This document shows, in pieces, positions 13,830-26,115 of a stretch of 64,000 nt of DNA. Made by a program: the position numbers and the translations under genes. Location of the stretch: positions 89,654,001-89,718,000 of the forward strand of contig CM052817.1 in the NCBI GenBank assembly GCA_028534125.1. The letters are read 5' to 3'. This DNA is from Lama glama. Its lineage: Eukaryota. The notes beneath the pieces are model-generated. The model was given only the letters and a program-made list of their open reading frames with translations. It had not been told where the DNA came from and did not search any database. Numbering within the stretch: position 1 is the stretch's first letter; the number at the start of each line of letters is the position of its first letter.

Positions 13830-13881
13830 AAAATATTGTTGATATTTCAGACACAAAATATTGTTGAACTATTTCAGACAC
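13830..13881. repeat. Two-copy tandem duplication (25/27 bp)
   Basis: aaaatattgttgatatttcagacac followed directly by aaaatattgttgaactatttcagacac. Confidence 0.9.
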
Positions 13882-14325
13882 AGTGGTGATCTCTTCCTGC
13901 AATGGATATAACAATTGACCCAAATTTACTATCTTTGTGAGTTCCTTTTTAATTCCTTCCAAAAGTTGGCCAAAATTGATTTTAAATAGAGCCTTAGTTT
14001 TTCAGATTGTGAACCACTGATGAGAAGACTATGAATGGATCTTAACTGAGCAATTAAAATTGTGAGGATGCTTTCAGAATTGAGATGTAAACGCTTACAC
14101 CAAACTTTTCAAACTCTAGCCAGAGTGTGTATTTTCCCTTCTCCTTCACAATAAGCCATGGCTGGTATCTCAGACTTTCAGAATTCATGAAGATTATCTG
14201 ATATCAAAGACCAAATAATGTTTCCATGGCTTCCTTCCTGAGATAGTCTTATAATACCTATGGCTCCCTGAATAATTCTCTTTAGGTCATTAAGTTACAG
14301 GGTAGTCATATTATCAAATGCAGTG

Positions 14326-14870
14326 TGTATCAGTGTTCTCCAGAGAAATAAACCTATATTTATATATTCTACTGGTTCTCATTTCTCTCTCTCTCCATCT
14401 ATCTGTATCTGTCTCTCTCTGTCTCTGTCTTATTCTCTCTATATATAAAATAAAGAATTGGCTAACATTTTATGGAAGCTGTCAAGTTCCAATATCTGCA
14501 GGGTGAACCAGCCAACTGGAGACCTAGGAGAGCCAACTGTGTAATTCCTATCCAAAGACTGGCAAGCTCAAGACCCACGAGGAGATGTTTCAGTGTTTTA
14601 GTTTCAGTGGGAAGGCAGCAAAAATCGAATGTTGCAGATGAAAGGCAGTTGAGCAAGAAGAATTATCTCTTATTCAGACGGGGTCAGCTTTTTCGCTCTA
14701 TTCTGGGCTTCAAGTGACTAGATGAAGCTCACTTATATTAGGGAGGACAATCTACTTTACTCAATCTACCAATTTAAATGTTAATCTCATCCAAAAATAT
14801 CCTCATAGAAACACCCCAAATCACATTTCAACAAATATCTGGGAACTCTGTGGTCCAGCCAAGTTGAGAT
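14326..14870 (-). mobile_element. MLT2 (ERVL) solo LTR
   Basis: tgtatcagtgttctccagagaaa...atctgcagggtga...ggagacctaggagagcc...ctaccaatttaaatgttaatctcatcc...ccagccaagttga, the MLT2 antisense pattern. Confidence 0.9.
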
Positions 14871-15567
14871 TTAGGAATGTCTGTGTATATGTAAGCTGTT
14901 ACTAGATATAACGGTTATACACAACTAGAGGAACAAATGTGCATAGAAATCTGAAAATAATTTTTCATTAGAAGAAATAATTGGCCATACTGCCTTTTGT
15001 ATTTGTAGCTGTCCAGTGTCTTTAAAATACAATGCAGATTTAAAAAAAAAAGTATACAGCAGAAATATTTCTTTTACATAAAGCAAAGAATCCCTATGTT
15101 TCAGGTTAAATAAAATTACTGATAGCTGAATATATAAAAATAAGTGAAATTATATTAAAATATTTGAGCTTTCTTTACCATTTAAAAATACTATTGGTTT
15201 TGCTAAGTGAAATGTAGCATTTAAAAATAGACAGCAAGGAAAATCACAAGTAAATTCACTTGATTAACAGCTTATTTGATTCATGCTTGAGAATGTTCTT
15301 TTAGGAATTCCTAATTTGTTTTCAGGAACAACAATAAGTCATCTGCCCAAGATTAATGTAGTTTTTCAAAAGACAAACCATTTCATGAAAAGCCTGCAGT
15401 TATGTTCTATTAATGCAGACACATTGCAAAAGCCAAGGATTTAAATGAAAATCAAAAGTAGGTTTTGTAAGCAAATTAAGATGCAGAAAGATGACTGTTA
15501 TTATTTTATTTCTTAACACTTAATACTGGATTTCTTGATATTATAGCAAACTTAGTTCATTTTAAAT

Positions 15568-15766
15568 CTATGAAATATTACTCAACCATAAAAAAGAACC
15601 ACTTGTAAGAACTTGGATGGACTTTGAGGGCATTATGCTAAGGGAAATAACCCAGACAGAGAAAGACAGATATTGCATGATATCAATTATATGTGGTATC
15701 TTAAATAAATAAATAAATAAATAAATAAATTTATTCACTTTACAGCAAAAAGACTTCACAGACATA
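15568..15766 (+). mobile_element. L1 ORF2-end/3'UTR fragment containing (TAAA)7 at 15702-15729
   Basis: ggatggactttgagggcattatgctaagggaaataacccagacagagaaagaca; homologous to 12095-12290. Confidence 0.85.
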
Positions 15767-18196
15767 CACAGAATATTTGACCCAACAGCAGCAGAATATA
15801 TAGTCCTCTCAAGTTTATATGAAACATTCCTCAGGATAGATCATATGGTAGGCCATAAAACACATCTTACCAAATTTAAGATAACTAAAATTATACAAGC
15901 TATTTTCTCTGATTAAAATAGTATGAAATTAGAACTCATCAACTAGAGGAAAGTGAACAGATCTACAGAAATGTGAAACAAAACAACACTTCTAAACAAC
16001 AAATGGGTGAAAGGAGAAATTAAAAGATAAATAAATAATTATCTCAAAATAAATGAAAATGAAAATATATCAAATTTAGTGGAATACAGCAAATGCAGTT
16101 CTTAGAGGAAAGTTTATAGCAATAAATGCATATATTAAGAAACTATAAAGATCTCAAATAAACTTCCTAACTCTATACCTCAAGGAACTAGAAAAAGTGG
16201 AACAAATTAAGACCAAAGTTAGCATAAAGAAGAAAACAATAATAATTAGAATGGAAATAAATGAAATAGAGATCAGAAAAACAATAGAAAGGATCAACAA
16301 GACTAAAGCTGTTTATTCAAAAAGATAAAATGGACAAACCTTTAGAGAAAATACTCAAATAAATAAAACTAGAAATGAAAGAGGAGGCATAACAGCTTAT
16401 ATTAGAGAAATATGAAGAATTATGTGCCAACATATTACATAACTTAGAAGAAATGGATAGATTTCTAGAAGCAAACAACCTACCAAGACTCAATCAGGGA
16501 GAAACAGAAAATATGAACAGACCAATAATGAATCAACAGATTGAACGAGGAACCAAAAAAACTCCCAACACAGAAAACTTCAGGGCCAGGCAGCTTCACT
16601 GAATTCTACCAGGTATTTAAAGAAGAATTAACACCAATCCACCTCAAGCTCTTTCAGAATATTAAGGATGAGGGACTCCTCCAAACTCATTCCACAAAGC
16701 CAGCATTACCTTCATACTAAAACCAGATAAGGCTACTGCAAAGGGAAAAAAACAAAAAACAAAAAACAAACAAGAAACAGATCAATATCCCCAATGAATA
16801 TAAATTTGCAAAAGTTTTTAACAAAACATTAGCGAAATAAATTTCAGAACACATTAAAAGTATTATACACCATGATCAAGTGGGATTTTCCCGTGTTGTA
16901 AGGTTGGTTCAATATACACAAATCAATAAACATAATTCATCACATCACTAAAATAAAAGATAAAAATCACATGGTCACCTCAAAAGATGCAGAAACCGCA
17001 TTTGACCACTGCTTCATGATAAAAATGCTTAACAGATTGGGTACAGATGGGACATATCTCAACATAATAAAGATTATATACAACAAATCTGCAACTAACA
17101 TCATACTCAATGGAGAAAATTTGAAAGCTTCCCCTCTAAAATCAGGAACAACACCAGTTTGTTCATTCGTATCACTCCTATTCAATATAGTACTGAAATT
17201 CCTAGCTAGAGCAATTAGGTGAAATAAAGAAATAAAAGGCATTCAAATAGGGAAAGAAGAAGTAAAATTATTGCTATTTGCTGATGATGCAATCTTATAT
17301 ATAGAAAAATCCCAGAATCAATCAAAATACTATTGGAGTCAATCAATTATTTCAATAAAGTGGCATGTTACAAAATCAACTTAGAAAAATCAGTGACATT
17401 CTTTTACACTAATGATGAAGCACTGGAAAAAGAAATAAAGAAAACTACCCTATTCACAGTAGCAGCAAAAACAATAAAATAAGTTTAACCAAAGAAGTAA
17501 AAGATATGTACAATGAAAACTGCAAGATTTTGCAGAAAGATACCGAAGATACAAAGAAATGGAAAGACATTCTGTGTTTATGGGTCAAAAGAATTACCAT
17601 TGTTAAAATAGCCATACTACCCATAGCTATCTACAAACTCAATGCAATCCCCATCAAAATACAAAAGGCATTTTTTTTTCATAGAAGTAGAAGAAACAAT
17701 CCTAAAACCCGAAAGGAATCATAAAAGACCTAAATAGCCAAGACAATCCTGAGAACAAAGCTGGAGGTATCATATTTCTGGATTTCAAACTATACTACAA
17801 AGTAATAAAATCAGTACAGTACTGACACAAAAGTAGATGCATGGACAAATGGGACAGAATATAGAGCCCATAATTAAATCTTAGCATATATAGTCAAGTA
17901 ATATCTGACAAGGGAGCCAAGAATATCCAATGGAGGAAGGATAATTTCTTCAACAAATGTTTCTGGGAAAACTGAAGAAATACATGTAGAATAAGAAAAT
18001 TAGACTCCTATTTCACATAATTCACAGAAATTAACTTGAAATGGATCAGACTTAAACATAAGACCTGATACTATAAAACGCCTTGAAGAAAACATAGCGA
18101 AGAGCTCAGTGATACTGGTGTTGGTAATGATTTTTTGGACATGATGCTGAAAGCACAAACCACAAAAGCAAAAATCAAACAATGAGAATACATCAG
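15752..18196 (+). mobile_element. L1 ORF2 fragment (EN C-terminal part through RT), inactive
   Basis: Translates DFTDIHRIFDPTAAEY...RIDHMVGHK; ORF 16971-17222 SKDAETAFD...PLKSGT; tttgctgatgat (FADD) near 17277. Confidence 0.92.
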
Positions 18197-18198
18197 TT

Positions 18199-18633
18199 TG
18201 TCTGAGCAACTCCGTAGCTCAAAGCTCAGAAACACTATGAGTAAAGATTTAAAGACATATATGAATAGAAGATAGTTTTATTGAAGAAATGTGCCTTTTC
18301 AGAGGAAGGCCTTGGGTTGAGATGTCCAGAAAATCATTGCTGGTTTTGGTGAAAGGGTATGAGTAAGTGTGTGAGTGGTCACATGCAATGCTGTTTTCAG
18401 TTCCCCGTTAACAATTCTCTGCAGTGAATCGTGCAGGAAGGAATTCTCCCTCCTTCTGCACGTTACCCAGGACTGTACTGACACCTCAAGGATTGGCTGT
18501 TTGAGGAATGTCGGGAGATAAAACAATTTCAATGAACCTTGCCGTTCTCTGGATGAGCACTGAAAGGAAGTTTCCTTTAAAACAGTCTCTTGAACATAAG
18601 AAGCACAGGAAGGAAGCCATAGGGCCATTATCA
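18199..18633 (-). mobile_element. Probable solo LTR, family unassigned
   Basis: About 435 bp with TG...CA ends; minus-strand CCAAT (gattgg 18491-18496) upstream of AATAAA (tttatt 18277-18282); interrupts L1 sequence abruptly; no TSD found. Confidence 0.55.
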
Positions 18634-20875
18634 CTGAAAAACTTTTTTAAGTACAACAAAATTTCCAATTTGACATCTTTCAGAAATAATAGTGAGAAAT
18701 ATTACAATAGATAGTCGAGGTGGTGCAGGTGTATGGGAGACTCATGAATAATGTATTTTCATTGTGACAAAAGTTGGAATTATTTATCATTTAGCTATAT
18801 GCATGTATATCAATAGGTTCTTAAATATAAACGTATGTGTACATATGTCAATATCTTCACCAGTATAAGCTTATGTATATATATACATCAATACCTTCAT
18901 AAATATAAGCCTCATGTTTACATCTCCTTAAATACATTTCATGCCTTGCCTTTGAGACCAACATACATTTCAAAGCCAGTCTAGAAAAATTAATTCCTTA
19001 TAGAAAGCATATTAAGGAAATAATTGTTGTGTAGATACATCAAGAGATGAGGTTGGTGTTTGAAGTAAGAGTAATTTAGAATGCAGTATAGGCAAAGTTG
19101 AGATTTGATTTAATAAATCAACTAGAAAATAAATTACTGAGCTTATTCAGAAATAATATTACAATTTGCAACCTACACCAACATTGAGTTCATATGAATC
19201 CAATCATTAAAAGGTTGCTTACAGTTGACCAGAATGAATTTCAACCTCCCAAAGCTATCCATTACATAAAAATAATTTTACACTACAGAGAAGAGATACT
19301 TTTATAGAGTAAAATAACCATAAAATGAATAAAGGTATTTCAAGGATATTAGATATTTGCAAAGTAGTTCTTTATAAAAATGTTCCATTAGGAATAAAGA
19401 TCAAATGTTTTCTATAGAAAATAATGATGGGATTTAATATTGGAGGTGTCAGCTATGAAGACCACATGGTTATTGCGAGAAATAACATTTAACCTTTCTC
19501 TTGTGGCTGATGGAGGCCAATGCAGTATTTTATTATCAACATTGGCAGGTGATTTATTACCACTGTTTCTACTCCAGTAAAGCCACATTAGGCTGTGCTC
19601 AATGTATCATTTGTTATCTTCAACCACCCTACACACTTTCTGCATGCATAATCTCTTTGTTCTAGCAGATTTTAAACATAGAAGAGTAAATATTTAAGTA
19701 ATTATTCCAGATTAATCAGAAACTCCGGAGGTAAAATCAACTAACTAGATTATGCCAGACAATGTCTGACGTAATCATAAAGTTCTGGCCTCAGGAAGAG
19801 TGATGGTTATATATCTAAAACATCCACTATGCATAATGGTGCATTAGTGTAGATACAGCAGTGACAGAGAATAAATCACAGGCACACTTTTAGATGGGAA
19901 TAAAATTTTGTGGAATAAATCCAGGTCAGATCGCTTTCAACAGTTTCTGTTTTCAGAACTTACTACCTAAAACAAAAAATCAGTCAAATTGTCTGAAATT
20001 GCTTGGCAGATGCACTGAAAAGGCATTTTCCTATCTTTCAACTCATCTGACTATTTGACATTAATGTGGAAGCAAATTTAAGAATATCAAAATAGTTCTA
20101 TTCTCTAAAATTTCACCTTTTACATATGTATCCCTGGTGAGTTTTAGAATCTTTGGAAATAAACTTTTTGCTTCAGTAAAATGTAGTTAATGATCATCAT
20201 TCTTAAATCCAGAATGAACTTGTTTCCATGTGCTTTTCTTTCAGTCAATGATCATAAATATTAACTAAACTTATAAAGTGCTTTAGAGAATAATCCTTTT
20301 TGTGTGGTGTTTCATTCTGTGAAAAGTGTTCTAAATTATCTTAATTCCTAGCTTCTCTCTGTCTCTTTATTCACCCTGCCTACAGGAGATGAAATAATTT
20401 ATATGATTGGTAAATTTGGAAATAATTAACCAGATATGCTTTGCTAATTTCTTTCCTTCTTCATATTGATAGTAAGCAAGTCTACAGAGATAATTCATTC
20501 TCTACTACTCATTTAGGGACAGGCCTACTCTATGCTATTGTGACTAGGTCAGTAACTATATATTAATACTGATGTCTGATATTAAGAATCTCATTACTGG
20601 TTTCATATATAATCTATGTGATCCAACCTACTCTTTAGAAATTATAATGAAATATTTTTGTTTTCTATCTCTCTCTTTTTTCATTTATCAGAACTCAAAC
20701 AATTTAGAGTATTATTTATTGAAAGTGCTCAGTAACTCCAACATGTTCTGTGGATAAAAAAGTAGATTTCTTCTTTCCTCTATTTTAAGCAGCTTCTTTT
20801 TTCAGGTTTCCATATGATTGCCTGTCTGTTAGCCTGGCAATCACAAGGCTTGAATTTCATTCATTAAAAGAAAAC

Positions 20876-21122
20876 AATATTACACAGTATTATATCACTT
20901 ATATGTGCAATATAAAAAATACAACAAACTAGTGAATACAACAAAAAAAGAGAGAGATTAATAGACATAGAGAACAAACTAGTAGTTACCAGTGGAGAAT
21001 GGGAAGAGGGGAGGGGTATAAAAAAGGGGGGTTATCATGGGATTACATGAAATTAGTGTGTGTGAAATTTTTAAAATTGTAAAGTACTATAGAATTTAAA
21101 GAATCTTCATTCAATAAAAAAG
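20876..21122 (+). mobile_element. Short L1 3'UTR insertion (cetartiodactyl-type 3' end)
   Basis: gagaacaaactagtagttaccagtgg...aattgtaaagtactatagaatttaaagaatcttcattcaataaaaa; aaaagaaaac on both flanks. Confidence 0.8.
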
Positions 21123-21139
21123 AAAACCTTTAATGAAAA

Positions 21140-21241
21140 AACAAAGAAAATGAATATGTGTATGTATATGCATGACTGGGACATTGTGCTGTATACAAGA
21201 CATTGATACAGTGTAATGGATTGTACTTTGATTAAAAAAAA
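21140..21241 (+). mobile_element. Very short L1 3' terminus
   Basis: gaatatgtgtatgtatatgcatgactgggacattgtgctgta...attaaaaaaa; related to 46290-46400. Confidence 0.7.
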
Positions 21242-22257
21242 TACTCATGCATTTCTTAAAATTAATTATCATGGATAAACATCTGCTAACCACTTCCTTA
21301 TGTGAGCCAAACATTCTAAGTGTTTTGGAGTGGAGGACTAAACAATGTGGCTGGGGCCAGAAATAAACACAAAGATAAACAAATGGATGAATTTATAAGG
21401 GAGAAAACATGGAGGTGAAAGATACTCAATCAAAAAATATATATGGAGATAGTGTGATAAATAAAATCTGGCTGACACGATGAGGACAAATAGATACATA
21501 TTTGACTCAGAAACAACTGGAACTAAATCCTGACCATGCTACATATTTCAACTTTGAAAAGCAATCTTCCTGAACCTAAATTTTAAAATAGTAAAACTGC
21601 AAAAAACTTTTAAGTGATAGGAAAGTTAGGAGATTTTTCTTTAATAATGTATATAAAATACTAACACATATTAAGGGATCAATATATGTTTTCTCTAGTT
21701 TTCTCCAAAGTTTCTTAACGTCTCTTTGGGAAGACTGATATATAAAGAGATGATGGGTATAGAGAGATGGGTATAGAATAGGAATTGCAGAAGGAAAAAA
21801 GTACTCTTAAGTATTTACTATTGAATAAAATATGATAAGTAGCATTGGTGGTTATATGAGGATGTCAAGAGATTAGTTGTTGGATCAGGGTGAACTAGAA
21901 AAGCACACTGAATGATACATCTTGCTTTAATTTTATATTCTCTATGTGTGTTTGTGTTTGTGCGTCTGTATTTGAATGTGAATGTAAAAAGGAAACATAG
22001 ACTAGTAAATAGAACATACATTTCTAAAATATGGGACCATAGAATAATGTGGGTGAAAAATTGGATTGCCAAATAAAGCTATAGCTGTGGAAGTTGTATA
22101 ACTCTGGCAGTAACTGAAGCTGTAGGTGGCAGTAGACAGACAACAAGTTGAAATAAGGCAGATATTTTTTAGCCTTGTATGAAACTTAAAGTTCACCTAA
22201 TACAATACTTGGATGATGGTTTATTTCTATTACAATTAAAACTAATACAGTAGGGTT

Positions 22258-22425
22258 GTGGGGGAGGGTATACCTCAAGTGGTAGAGAGCATGCTTAGCA
22301 TGAAGGAGGTCCTGGGTTCCTTCCCCAGTACCTCTCTAAAAATAAATAAGTAAATAAACCTAATTACTTCCCTCTCCTCCCTCCCTCCACACCCCTCCAA
22401 AAAAAATAAAAAGAAAAGAAAAAGC
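22258..22425 (+). mobile_element. tRNA-Ala(AGC)-derived SINE (Vic-1-like) with 16-bp TSD
   Basis: ggggagggtatacctcaagtggtagagagcatgcttagcatgaaggaggtcctgggttcc...; A-rich tail; TSD ctaatacagtagggtt at 22242-22257 and 22426-22441; ttaaaa target just upstream. Confidence 0.93.
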
Positions 22426-23496
22426 CTAATACAGTAGGGTTTAATTTATAAAGATGGTAAGTTAAGCCTACGAACATATATAATTTCATATACTTTATTT
22501 CAAAGAACATAGCTGATATAACCTTAAGTGTGTCTGCTAAATAGCAGTAATACATCTGAAGATATCTTCAGTTTTGGTTGTGTAAATCTGCATGACAATG
22601 TAGAGATAGTCGTGGTATCAACTTGTTTCTGTCACAATAATACACATTGGTAATCATTTAAATATCCATAAATTGAAACACAAACATAAACACACACATG
22701 CATGTATAAGTAGGACAAATTCACTGTAAAAAGTAATTGTCCTCAATATATTTCAATTCAAAATTTGGTAAGAAATGAAAGAATTGCTGTAGGTGTGGCA
22801 AACTTGGATAGTCTATCTTGAAATGAAACCTCTTTTCTTAAGTGTAGCATATGCAAGAAGACAGAAAAACCACATAGAGACACAGAGATTCCAGAAATGC
22901 AAGAAAGCCTTTCAACCGAGACCCCACAAATGGTAGAATCAACTTGCATTTTCAAGGAGTAACTTCAGTATACTAATACATAGATAAAATGTGGCCCTGG
23001 GAAAACACTGACATGTCAATTTTCAGGAATCCAAGGAGTCAAGTCTAGATGCTAATCAACCAAAATTAGGGATACAGTCACATTACTTTAGTTGTGTGGG
23101 AGCAATAGAGAAAATTAAGTGAGTGTAGGTTAGGAGGTTACACGATAGTCGAGATGTAGACAAAAAGAAAGGATAGAACCATAGCTATACCTCACTGAAT
23201 GGTTTGTGCCCTTAAGTAATTTATGTTACAAGTTCTGGGACTATAGAGAGAGCTCTGGTCAAAGCTTCCTCAAAATAGCCTAGACTTTGGATAATTTTTT
23301 GTATTGTTCTTTAATTGTTCTGCATTGTAATTTATGCCCTATGTTACCAATATGAATTCTCTCACGTACACTGGATTAACCATTTTATGTGTAAATATCT
23401 GTATATCTTTTCATATATAAGCGTCTGAAATTCTGCTGTTTTATGTATTGTTTCCTCTTAAGATTATTTCATTCAAAGAGAATAATAATAATAATG

Positions 23497-23660
23497 GAGC
23501 TATCTGCTTCTGACCAAGATAGATTAACAGGATCTGGACAGACTCTCTCACCCCAAACAATTAAAAATGAAAAAAATAATGAAATTGTGTTTTGCAAGAT
23601 ACTGGAAATCAGACAACAAAGGATAATGATCCCCGAGAGAAGGGAAACAAATGAGCTAAG
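23497..23660 (+). mobile_element. Old L1 5'-end fragment (L1MD/MC-type 5'UTR)
   Basis: ttctgaccaagatagattaacagg...caagatactggaaatcag...tgatccccgagagaagggaaacaaatgag resembles a recalled old L1 5' consensus. Confidence 0.6.
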
Positions 23661-24420
23661 GATACCATCAACACAACAAAAAGACAACCTATAAAATGGA
23701 AGAAAATGTTTGCAAATGATGAAACCAACAAGGGACTAATTTCTAAAATATATAAAACAGCTCATACAGTTTAATATCAAAAAAATAAGCAACCCAATCA
23801 AAAAATGGGCAGAAGACCTAAATAGACCTCTCCAAAAAAGACATCCAAATGGCCAATAAACACATGATGCTCAACATTGCTAATTATTAGAGAAATGCAA
23901 ATCAACACTACAATGAGGTATCACCTCACACCAGTTAGAATGGCCATCATTAACAAGTCTACAAATAATAAATGCTGGAGAGGGTGTGGAGAAAAAGGAA
24001 CCATTCTACCCTGTTGGAGGGAATGTAAATTGGTGCAGCCACTATGAAGGAGAGTATGGATGTTCCTTTAAAAAATAAAAATAAAAACTTACCATGTGAT
24101 CCAGCAATCCAATTCCTGGGCATGTATCTGGACAAAAATATAATTCAAAAAGACACATGCACCCCAATGTTCATAGCAGCACTATTTATAATAGCCAAGA
24201 CATGGAAACAGCCTAAATGTCCATTGACAGATGAATGGATAAGGAAGATGTGGTATATATACAATGTGATACTACTCAGCCATAAAAAAAAAGAATAAAA
24301 CAATGCCATTTGCAGCAACACGGATGGACCTAGAGGTCATCGTTCTAAGTGAAGTAAGCCAGAAAGAGAAAGAAAAATATCACATGATATTGCTTAAATG
24401 TGGACTCAGAAAAAAAAAAA
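23661..24420 (+). mobile_element. L1 ORF2 C-terminal fragment ending at an A-run in the 3'UTR
   Basis: ORF 24044-24298 [25 protein letters not shown]; colinear with 11490-12245. Confidence 0.93.
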
Positions 24421-26115
24421 GGCAAAGAGAGAAAATTAAATATACTCAGAATCCTAGCTTCTAAAAAAAGGTTTCTTTAAATTTCATAATTGAGATAAAT
24501 GGAATTCATTTTATGAAATACTGAATTATACTGTTTATTTTTATTGTAATTTATTTTATAATTTTAATAGATAATTCATGGACAACGGTGTGACTACATT
24601 ATTTCAGAGATAAAAGATGCATAACAGAATTATGTATTATTTCGGATGCCATAGATACTAATTTTTTTATGTTTGAGTCTAATTTTTAGTTTATTTTAGA
24701 CATTAAGTTATCTGATTATCACTTGTGATTTTAAATAAGAAGTTGCTTGTTGATAAAATATTTTTATTAATTATTTGCATAAATTAGATTGGCTTTTCAG
24801 GAATGATGCTAAATGTTAGCCAGTATGATGAATTCAATCACAAAAACAGTTAAAAATTAATAATAGTGCATTATATGGGTTATTAGGATAAATAATTAGT
24901 TGATTACTCATAAACAGTCGAACTGCTGAGTTCTAGTGAATTGAAGTTTACTAATTTTTCTTTTTCAGATATATTTCATTCATATCAGTTGTCTTGAGAT
25001 TCCCTTTTCACTCTGTTCTGGGGAACTAAGTATAAGAATATGGGGTAATACTCATTTTCCTGTATCTATTGCCATGTAAAGAAGTGTTTCCAATATAAAT
25101 GGGAGTAATATTAGTGTTAATTCAATACCCCAAACAAATTTGTTTATTTTTCTATGCTTAGCTATTTGATTCAACTTTTTCAAGAGACTCTCTAATCTAG
25201 GAAAGAAGTGAGTGGAGAGGTGAGAGAGAATTAAATATGAAGGCATACGGTCACCTCTAATTCATGCTTTATTTACACAGTGTTGTTTTATATAATGTAC
25301 TATATTTTAATTATAATTTAATTAGTACTTTTCACTTTAGATCTTAAAGCATTCAATATAAATACACTTAAAAATGAACAATCCACTTGACAGCTCAGAG
25401 TCTGAAGTCCTTATTATAACAGATGGTCATAATAATGCCCACTTCAAGAGGAATTGTGAAGGTAGAGATACTGAATGGAAACACCTTATAGGATACAATA
25501 ATCATGCCTTGTAAATATAAGGCAAGACAAGAGTATTATTTATCTTCATTGCTTTTCCCCTGTTGGAGTCTCTGTTCAAGACACTAATTTGAGTACCTTA
25601 ATAACTTTATTTTTTCATGTACAGAAGTCTATATACATCCCAACCTATATCACTATTAAACACAGAAATAATTTCATTCTTAAATAACACAGTGAAATTT
25701 CTCTCCTCACAACAGCTTTCATATGATTGGAAATGTTTATGATACATATGGCACATATTACCTCTTAAGAGTTTGAAATTAATGTGACTGGGTAAGCATC
25801 AAGCTTTTTTATTAGCAGATGAACTGACAAAGGGGAAAAACATAATTGACAGAATCTGTAGTAAGATCAGAGAAACTGATTTTTAAATATAGTTCTTATA
25901 TTATCATACTTCATGATGTAGTTGTTTGTAATTTATAGTTAGTTTCTTATCTATACAGTAAATATTAGGGTATCTATCTTACAGTTTTTGAAGGAACATC
26001 ACATGAAAATGTACACACAAATCTATGTTAAAATGATGTACAAAATCAGACAAGGTTTTTTCGCTTTGTTCTATTTTATTTTGTTTTAAATGGGAGAGTC
26101 TCTTTAAGAGTAAAG

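Noticed and set aside
18193..18637. DNA transposon suggested by tcagt...actga inverted ends
   Set aside because: The inverted match is only 5 bp and there is no TA or 8-bp TSD; the LTR reading fits better
22261..22335. Functional tRNA-Ala gene (also 6797-6870)
   Set aside because: Stem and T-loop mismatches, plus a SINE tail, A-rich end and TSD; these are SINE heads
18196..23661. L1 pieces ending at 18196 and starting at 23661 as one element split by a 5.4-kb insert (they are nearly contiguous in L1 coordinates)
   Set aside because: The pieces look different in divergence, and the intervening DNA contains unique sequence and ancient repeats; probably coincidence, though not tested by alignment
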